This document shows, in pieces, positions 57,505 to 64,000 of a stretch of DNA of 64,000 bases. Below the pieces are notes generated by a model, which did no database searches, was not told the origin of the DNA, and saw only the letters and a list, made by a program, of their open reading frames with translations. The DNA lies in assembly GCA_003009755.1 (NCBI GenBank), contig PXUB01000025.1, positions 14,205 through 78,204 of the forward strand. The letters run 5' to 3'. Within the stretch, counting starts at the first letter, position 1. Each line of letters starts with the position of its first letter. The stretch comes from Thermoplasmatales archaeon SW_10_69_26. GTDB lineage: Archaea; Thermoplasmatota; SW-10-69-26. Both the position numbers and the translations under genes were made by a program.

Positions 57505-58473
57505 GTGCACCGGCGTCTCGTCCTCGCGCTCGCACTCCTGCTCGCCCCCGTCGCCGGCTGCCTCGGCGGCGACGGGACCGATGCCGCCACCGACGGGACG
57601 GAGGAGGACACGGCCGAGGACGACACCGAGGGGTTGAGGGTGCCCGGGTGGTCGCTGGGGGACCACTGGACCTACCGGACCGGCGACGGCGAGGAGCAGA
57701 CGTGGGCCGTGACCCGGGATGCGGGGAGCGACTGGATCGTGGACACCGACAGCCGGGATGCCGCGTTCTTCGACGCCCGCTCCGACGTGAGCTTCTTCGG
57801 CGAGCGCCGGAAGGCGGATCTGGCCGGCAGCCAAGGGGATGCGAACGTTCGCTTCTTCGACTGGCCGCTCGTCGAGGACAAGACCTGGACGACGACCTGG
57901 GACGGCGTCGAGCGGGAGATCACGGTCGACCGCATCGAGGACGGCACCGCCTACCTCACCGCCCGCCAGAACGACCGGGTGGCCGTCGAGTACACCTACG
58001 ACAGCGAGGCCGGCAACTTCGGGACCTACACGTTCCTCGACGAGAACGGGACCGAGGTGTTCACCGCCGAGCTGGCGGCCAGCGGCGCCGACTACGGGGG
58101 CACGCTCGTCCGCTGGGACCTGACGACGGCCCTCGAGCGCGCCGGCGGCTTCGGCGCCGAACCGGAGAGCTTCGGGTTCGGCTTCGACGTGCCCGAGAAC
58201 GCGAGCGACATCTGGCTGGCCATGGCGATCGATTGCCCCAGCGGCAGCTACGATTTCGGGTTCGAGTCCAGCGACGAGACCGGAGGCGGCTCGTCCTACG
58301 GCGCCTCGGACACGTGCCCGGCGGAGGCCGACGTGGCCGGGCCGGTCGTCGAGGATCCCGCCCCCGGCGAGTACCGCGGCGGGTTCACCGGGACCTCGCC
58401 CGAGGCCGAGGGGACCTACAGCTTCACGGTGTACGTGCGCACCCTCGTCGAGATCACCGTCGGCGACGGTTGA
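57505..58473 (+). CDS. Lipoprotein
   Basis: Lipobox VAGC; PGWSLGDHWTY, FFDWPL. Confidence 0.75.
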   Translation: MHRRLVLALALLLAPVAGCLGGDGTDAATDGTEEDTAEDDTEGLRVPGWSLGDHWTYRTGDGEEQTWAVTRDAGSDWIVDTDSRDAAFFDARSDVSFFGERRKADLAGSQGDANVRFFDWPLVEDKTWTTTWDGVEREITVDRIEDGTAYLTARQNDRVAVEYTYDSEAGNFGTYTFLDENGTEVFTAELAASGADYGGTLVRWDLTTALERAGGFGAEPESFGFGFDVPENASDIWLAMAIDCPSGSYDFGFESSDETGGGSSYGASDTCPAEADVAGPVVEDPAPGEYRGGFTGTSPEAEGTYSFTVYVRTLVEITVGDG

Positions 58474-58561
58474 CCTGTCGACCGTCGGGGTGTGCCTGAG
58501 CGCCAGTGACAGGCGGGGGTTTTCGCTTGCGGTCGAGCACGTCCATCGTGGAGGCTCTCGC

Positions 58562-59842
58562 TTGGCGATCGACCGCGCCGGACCGCTTGCGGCTTGGGCT
58601 TTGGTGCTCGTCCTCGCCACCGTCGCCGCGACAGCGGTCGCCGACCCCCGCGTCGAGGAGCCTCTGGGACCGCCCTCCGTGCCGACGATGGCCTCGCTCG
58701 GGGACCCCCTCGCGGCCGCGCTCCACGCCGACCTGGGGTCGACGGCAAAGGCGACGCCCGCCGAGCCGACCCCGGCAAGCGACTGCAAGCCCCACCCTCC
58801 GATCGAGATCACCGAGGACCGGGGATCTCGCGGGTTCGTCTCGACGCTGCCGGCCGGCGGAGAGACGCTGCATCGGCCCGGAAGCGGGGTCGTGGCCGGC
58901 AACGGCACCGCCGAGAACCCCTACACGATCGAGGGCTGGTGCATCGTGCCGACGGTTCGCCCCGCCGAGGGCCCACCGGTGCCTCGCCGTTCCGGCATCA
59001 CGATCGAGGCCACCAGCGCCCACGTCGTGATCCGCGACACCGTGATCGACGGACGACCGGGCGGTGGGACCGCCCCCGACGACCATCGCCAACCGGTCGG
59101 GATCGAGATCGCGGACGCCGCGAACGTCACGATCGAGGGCAACGAGATCGTGCACAACCGCCGGAACGTGCGCGTCCTCGAGGCCGACGGCGTCCACGTC
59201 GCGGGGAACACGATCGCCGACGGAGACCAGGGGATCCACGTCGCCGCATCGACCGGCGCGACGATCGCGAGCAACGCGATCCGCGGCCACGACCGTGGCA
59301 TCCACCTCGCGGACGCCGGGCGCGCCGTCGTCGAGGCCAACACGCTCGCGGCGAACGAGGACGCCCTCTATGCGGTCTCGTCGCCGCAGCCCCGGATCGT
59401 GGGGAACGCGATCGAGGGCAACGCCGACGGGATCGACCTCCGCCACGTAGCCTCGGCGCACATCGCCCGCAACCGGATCGTGGACAACAGCTTCGACGGC
59501 GTCGAGCTGTACCGATCCGACGACGCTCGCCTGCAGGACAACGTGATCGAGCGGAACGTGGTCGGCGTGCTCGCGGTCCGCTCCTCGCCGGTCCAGCTCG
59601 CGCACAACAACGTGGTATCCAACGCGAACGCCGGGCTGTCCGCCTGGATGGACGCCCACGTGAACGCGACCCGCAACTGGTGGGGCCACGCCTCGGGACC
59701 CACCGGCGACGTGCGCGATGCCTGCACGGGCGATCCGATCGACGGCGAGGGGGGACAGATCTCGACCCTGTCCGGTGGCGAGGCCTGCCTGCGCCCCTGG
59801 CGAACGAGCCCGAACCCGGCCGCCGGTCCCCCGTCGCGTTAG
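58562..59842 (+). CDS. Secreted parallel beta-helix (NosD-like) protein, paralogue of 10812..14168
   Basis: HPPI...RPGSGVV.G.GT...PY.IEGWCI and NWWG...PW shared with the first copy; start uncertain. Confidence 0.82.
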   Translation: MAIDRAGPLAAWALVLVLATVAATAVADPRVEEPLGPPSVPTMASLGDPLAAALHADLGSTAKATPAEPTPASDCKPHPPIEITEDRGSRGFVSTLPAGGETLHRPGSGVVAGNGTAENPYTIEGWCIVPTVRPAEGPPVPRRSGITIEATSAHVVIRDTVIDGRPGGGTAPDDHRQPVGIEIADAANVTIEGNEIVHNRRNVRVLEADGVHVAGNTIADGDQGIHVAASTGATIASNAIRGHDRGIHLADAGRAVVEANTLAANEDALYAVSSPQPRIVGNAIEGNADGIDLRHVASAHIARNRIVDNSFDGVELYRSDDARLQDNVIERNVVGVLAVRSSPVQLAHNNVVSNANAGLSAWMDAHVNATRNWWGHASGPTGDVRDACTGDPIDGEGGQISTLSGGEACLRPWRTSPNPAAGPPSR

Positions 59843-60330
59843 CGCTGGTAGGCCTCCAGCCACGGCGGCGGCTCTCGCCGCGTCCACGTGAACAGGCCCT
59901 GCTTGTCGTTGGCGTAGTACAGACGGTAGGCGTCGACGACGGTCTCGGCCTCCCACTCGCCGGTCAGGTGAGGCGGGGGTCCGGCCTCGCCTGGCCAATC
60001 CAGGGCCGCCACCTGGTCGAGATCCAGGCGCTGCACCTTGGCCCACGAGCCGTGCGTTCGGTCGTGGTTGTCCCACCGGTGGCGCCATTCCTGGTGGCAT
60101 GCCTCGACGTAGCCGTGCAGCCGGTGCCAGTTGTCGGGGTGCTCGGCGGCCCACAGCGGCAGCGGGTGGTTCCGGTGGGTGACGGGCAGGTCCTCGTCCG
60201 GGTAGCCGCGGATCGCGAGCGCGGTCGTGAGCGTCAGGTGGTTCTCCAGGAGCGAGGAGAGCACGTGCTTGTCCACCAGCCAGGCGGCGGCCTGCTGGAC
60301 GTCCTCGTCGAGCCAGAACGCGTTGACCAT
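59839..60330 (-). CDS. Pyrimidine dimer DNA glycosylase (T4 endonuclease V-like) family protein
   Basis: MVNAFWLDED...DKHV...LE...THRNHP..LW...EW.HR...AYRLYY...WT.R.PP.W. Confidence 0.8.
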   Translation of the reverse strand: MVNAFWLDEDVQQAAAWLVDKHVLSSLLENHLTLTTALAIRGYPDEDLPVTHRNHPLPLWAAEHPDNWHRLHGYVEACHQEWRHRWDNHDRTHGSWAKVQRLDLDQVAALDWPGEAGPPPHLTGEWEAETVVDAYRLYYANDKQGLFTWTRREPPPWLEAYQR

Positions 60331-60615
60331 GGAGATGGTACCTTCCCGGGACCTCGCTCGCTGGGCGGCCCCTGCGGAGGAAGGCCTCCACGCTAAAAGG
60401 TACGAGGGTCGCCAGCGACGCAGGATCCAAGCTCTCGAGATTGGACGCTGTCGGATCGTGACCGAACGGGATCCTCGCCTGACGGTCATCGGGGGGTCGC
60501 ATCGGTGCAAGCGAGGTCGGCCCCCGTCGACGACCCGCAGTGGTTTGCCTCCCAGGCCTACCGACCTTGACACGCCTAGGCCGACGCGAGCGGTTCGGCA
60601 ACCCCCGCCGGCAGC

Positions 60616-61491
60616 TTAGAACTCCACGGAGTCGCCGTCCTCGAGCTTCTCCATGAAGGCGTCGAAGACCTCCTCGTCGGCCTCCATCTCCTCGCCCTTG
60701 CGGCGTTGCTCCTCCATGATCTCCTTCATGCGCTCCTTCTCGGCCTCCTCCTGGCCGCGAAGCTCCTCGAGCTCCTCGATGAGCTCGACGGCGCGCTCGT
60801 GGTAGTGGTCGGCGCGCTCCTGGTACTCGACGGACTCCTCGTGGTGCTGGTCGGCCTGGGCCTTGATCTGGTCGGCCTGCTCGTAGTAGGGATCGAGCTT
60901 CTCGTGCACCTCGTCGGAGCGCTGGGACAGCTCGACGAGCCTCTCGTGGTGCTCGTCGGCGCGCTCGTAGAGCTCGTCGATCTTGGCGTCGAGGTCGTCC
61001 AGGTCGTCGAGGATGTCTTCGCCCTCGTCGACGGTCTCCTCGAGCTCGGCCTCCTCCCGGCGGAGGTCCTGCAGCTCGTCCACGAGATCGCGCTCGTCCT
61101 CGGGGCTCATGGGTTCGGTCTGCTGCTTGGTCTCGAGCTCCTGGATGCGGGAGCCGATCTCCTCCAGGCGGCCCTTGGCCTCGGTCGGCAGCTCGTCCTG
61201 CTTGCCGTCGCGGCGGTCGCGCAGCTGTTGGGCCTTCTCCTGCAGCTCGTCGCGCTTGGCTTTGTGCTCTTGGACCTTCTCGTTGATCTCGTCGCGCTTG
61301 TCCCGCAGCTCCTGAGCGTCGTCGAGGATCTCGCTGCGGCGGTCGTTGAGCTTGTCGCGCTGATCTCGGGCCTCGCGGGCCGCCTGGTTGAGCTCGTTGC
61401 GTTTGCTCGTCAGGCGGTTGAGCCGCTCTTCGGCGTTCTGGATGCGCTCGCGGCGCTCTTGGCTTTCGTCGTCAGGCGGTGTCTCGATCAC
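60616..61491 (-). CDS. Archaeal coiled-coil protein (COG1340-like)
   Basis: KRNELN/QRDKLN/KRDEIN heptads, QQTEPMSPEDE, ADEHHE, EKLEDG C-terminus. Confidence 0.8.
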   Translation of the reverse strand: MIETPPDDESQERRERIQNAEERLNRLTSKRNELNQAAREARDQRDKLNDRRSEILDDAQELRDKRDEINEKVQEHKAKRDELQEKAQQLRDRRDGKQDELPTEAKGRLEEIGSRIQELETKQQTEPMSPEDERDLVDELQDLRREEAELEETVDEGEDILDDLDDLDAKIDELYERADEHHERLVELSQRSDEVHEKLDPYYEQADQIKAQADQHHEESVEYQERADHYHERAVELIEELEELRGQEEAEKERMKEIMEEQRRKGEEMEADEEVFDAFMEKLEDGDSVEF

Positions 61492-62164
61492 GTCGTGCCC
61501 TCCCAACCTGCCGGGCGATGGTCGAGGCGCAAAGGCCCGCGGGGACGCCGGCGTCGATGTTGACAGCCAGCAGGGGTGCGCAGGATTGCAGCACGCTGGA
61601 CAAGGAGCTTTCCCCGCCACCGCCGTGCCCGTACCCGATGCTCGTCGGGACGGCCACGACCGGGGGATCGACGGAGGCGGCGAGCACGGTGGGCAAGGCA
61701 GCCTCGCGGCCGGCCACGCACACGTACACGTCGGGCTCGGTCTCCATCCCCGCCAGCGCGCGCTCGAGCCGGTGGGGCCCAGCCACGCCCACATCGTAGG
61801 CCCGCTGCGTGCGCGATCCGGTCAGCCGAGCCGTCAGGCGGGCCTCCTCGGCGACGCCGACGTCGCTCGTGCCGGCGGCGACGACCGCGACCCGACCGCC
61901 GTGGTCGGGCAGCTGGGCCTCGTCGGTGCGGAGCACCGCCAGCCGAGCCTCGTCGTGGTAGTCGGTCTCCCAAGCCTCACCCTCGACGAGGGAGACCCGG
62001 TCGGGGGTCAGGCGGGAGACGATCGCCCAGTCGGCCTCGTCCACGAACGCCTCGCACAGCTGTGCGAGGTGCTCGTCACGCTTGCCCTCGGCGAGGATGA
62101 CCTCCGGCGTGCCGGTGCGGTCCAGGCGCCGGGTGTCGAGGTCCCCGAACTGGCCGACGCGCAC
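61472..62164 (-). CDS. larB: LarB-like (PurE/AIR carboxylase family) protein
   Basis: LDTRR..RTG.PEVILAEGK, AGTSDVGVAEE, DVGVAG, VAGREAAL, VPTSIGYG, VNID. Confidence 0.88.
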   Translation of the reverse strand: MRVGQFGDLDTRRLDRTGTPEVILAEGKRDEHLAQLCEAFVDEADWAIVSRLTPDRVSLVEGEAWETDYHDEARLAVLRTDEAQLPDHGGRVAVVAAGTSDVGVAEEARLTARLTGSRTQRAYDVGVAGPHRLERALAGMETEPDVYVCVAGREAALPTVLAASVDPPVVAVPTSIGYGHGGGGESSLSSVLQSCAPLLAVNIDAGVPAGLCASTIARQVGRARRDRDTA

Positions 62165-62199
62165 GCCTGGAGGGACACCGTGGCCGTTGAAAAGCGTTC

Positions 62200-62558
62200 G
62201 GGGGTGGGCCTCCGTGAGGGCCCGCCCCGTCCGCGGTCGATCGGACCTCGGCGTCGGTTGCCACTATGACCGGATCGATGGTGAGCGTGCGCTTGCCGGT
62301 CGAGGCCTTGGCGCGCGCATCGCCCTCGTCGGCCTCGGCGTGGCCCTCGAGCTGAGCCTTCACCGCGGTGTTGTGGGCGCCGGAGCCCAGGTCTAGCTGG
62401 ACCCAGTTCAAGGCGTTGGCTTGCTTGGTCTCGAGGTAGCGCTCGATCGTCGCGTTGTCGTTCTCGACGTTCATCGCGCGGATCGTCACGTCGAGGGCCA
62501 GGCAAGGGGAGCCCGACCCCTCGTCGGCCGGTGCGCCGTCTCGCCACATCTCCCCCAC
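62200..62558 (-). pseudogene. Fragment of a hypothetical beta-rich protein
   Basis: YLETKQANALNWVQLDLGSGAH...GKRTLTID is protein-like but has no clean start or end. Confidence 0.3.
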
Positions 62559-62597
62559 CCCTGAACCTCAAATAACCTTGTGAACTACTACCATAGG

Positions 62598-63794
62598 ATG
62601 GGTCCGACCGATGCGCCGACGGTCGCAGACGCCGGGGAGGCCGAACGTCTCGAAGCGTTGCGGGAGCTGGGGTTGGATGGGGAGCCCGAGACGCCCGATC
62701 TGACGGGCATCCCCCAGCTCGCAGCGCAGGTCTGCGATCGACCGTGGGCGGGGGTGTCCCTCGTCCAAGAGGACACGCATCGGTTCATCGCGTCCAACGC
62801 TCCGTTCCCGGACGTGCTGCCCCGCAAGCAGTCGCTCTGCAGCCGGGCAATCGAGGCCGGTGGATCCTGCGTGGTGGTGAACGATATCACCGTCGAGCCC
62901 CCCTACGATCGGATCCCGATCCCCGAGGAGTACGGGCTCCGGTTCTACGCGGGGGCTCCCCTTCGGAGCCCGGGCGGTCACGAGCTCGGCACCGTGTGCG
63001 TCATGGACCAAGAGCCGGGATCCCTCGAGGAGCCCACGCGCCAGGCCTTGAGCACCCTGAGCAGCTTCGTGAGCCTGCACCTGGCGCTGCACCAGCGAAC
63101 GAACGAGCTCCAGGCGGTCAACGAGGAGCTGAGCCGGTTCACCTCGTTCGTGAGCCACGAGCTGACCGACCCCTTGAGCCAGATCCTGTCGAACCTGGAC
63201 ATGTTGACCGCGGACCTGGCCGAGGTCCCCGTCGAGCAGGACGTGCGCGAGCTCGCGCAGGAGGCCTTCGCCGGCGCGCGGTGGATGGATCGGCTCGTGA
63301 AGGACCTGTTGCGGTACGCGCAGACCAGCGATCGCCGCCTCGAGGTCGGCGAGGTCGACCTGCGAGCGACGGCCGAGGACGCGGCCGACATGCTCGAGCA
63401 CCGGATCGAGGGGGGAACAAGGGCGGTGCAGGTGGGCGATCTGCCGATGGTGCAGGCCGACGCCAACCTGTTGCGCCGCGTCGTCGAGAACCTCGTGCGC
63501 AACGCCCTCCAACACGGCGAACCGCCGGTCGAGATCCACGGCGAGGACGAGGGCGAGGCCTGGCGGATCTGCGTCGACGATCACGGCCCGGGCCTGTCCC
63601 GCGACGAACGGCAGGAGCTGTTCGAGCTGTTCGCGACCGGCGGCGGGTCTCGGTCGAGCAGCGGGATCGGGCTGGCGCTTTGCGAGCGCATCGTCCACCG
63701 GCACGGCGGCGACATCGGCGCCAAAGCGGCCCCCACCGGCGGAGCGCGGTTCTGGTTCACGTTGCCCAAAGACCCGGTCAGCGGCGCTCGGTGA
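62598..63794 (+). CDS. GAF sensor histidine kinase
   Basis: ERLEALRE, RFYAGAPL...LGTVCVMD GAF; SHEL H-box; NLVRNA, DHGPG, GIGLA. Confidence 0.92.
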   Translation: MGPTDAPTVADAGEAERLEALRELGLDGEPETPDLTGIPQLAAQVCDRPWAGVSLVQEDTHRFIASNAPFPDVLPRKQSLCSRAIEAGGSCVVVNDITVEPPYDRIPIPEEYGLRFYAGAPLRSPGGHELGTVCVMDQEPGSLEEPTRQALSTLSSFVSLHLALHQRTNELQAVNEELSRFTSFVSHELTDPLSQILSNLDMLTADLAEVPVEQDVRELAQEAFAGARWMDRLVKDLLRYAQTSDRRLEVGEVDLRATAEDAADMLEHRIEGGTRAVQVGDLPMVQADANLLRRVVENLVRNALQHGEPPVEIHGEDEGEAWRICVDDHGPGLSRDERQELFELFATGGGSRSSSGIGLALCERIVHRHGGDIGAKAAPTGGARFWFTLPKDPVSGAR

Positions 63795-64000
63795 ACGCCA
63801 TCGAGGTGTTGGCGGCGCCCGCAGCGCCCGTGCCCGCGACCGCAATGAGGCCGACGTCGCGATCGCCGAAGCCCTCCGTGCCGTCCTCGACGGCCTCGCG
63901 CACCGGGCGACCGTCGGCGATCTCGTGGTAAACCTGGTCGGCGAGCCGGTGGCGGGCGATCACCTCGCCGTGCCCGGTCGCGGCGACGGCGCCGGCCTCG
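63778..64000 (-). CDS. Isoaspartyl peptidase/L-asparaginase family (C-terminal part)
   Basis: GAVAATGHGEVI...GLIAV...NTSM. Confidence 0.8.
   Translation of the reverse strand, partial: EAGAVAATGHGEVIARHRLADQVYHEIADGRPVREAVEDGTEGFGDRDVGLIAVAGTGAAGAANTSMAFTERR

Noticed and set aside
60331-60615. Possible SRP or RNase P RNA in this and other long spacers (31746-32122, 44040-44444)
   Set aside because: No GAGGAAAGUCC or SRP helix 8 consensus seen by eye; an Infernal scan would be needed

Overview
A GC-rich archaeal chromosome segment whose proteins are strongly acidic (Asp/Glu-rich). Archaeal markers (archaeosine TgtA, RecJ/DHH-Pcc1, archaeal ValRS, form III RuBisCO with AMP phosphorylase) and the salt-in-like proteome suggest a halophilic archaeon, probably Thermoplasmatota rather than Halobacteria (inference, not tested). 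The first ~15 kb is accessory: a PIN/UPF0175 toxin-antitoxin pair, a TnpB N-terminal remnant with a hairpin end, a decayed IS1595 with terminal inverted repeats, pseudogenes and large surface proteins (vWA/GYG, beta-helix, FG-GAP). The rest is mostly housekeeping and envelope genes (nadA, sod, tgtA, serS, valS, M1 peptidase, pdhAB, mscS, nfeD/stomatin, ABC1 kinase, larB, histidine kinase, many lipoproteins). The best candidate for an undescribed system is the 23-27 kb NAD cluster. There, an intact quinolinate synthase sits beside an intact-ORF NadB homologue stripped of its catalytic motifs and capping domain, a divergent SOD, and an NAD-kinase homologue lacking GGDG fused to a winged-helix domain. 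Several frameshifts, including one in serS, may be assembly errors. I saw no rRNA, tRNA or CRISPR array by eye. All family calls come from motif recognition, not database searches.
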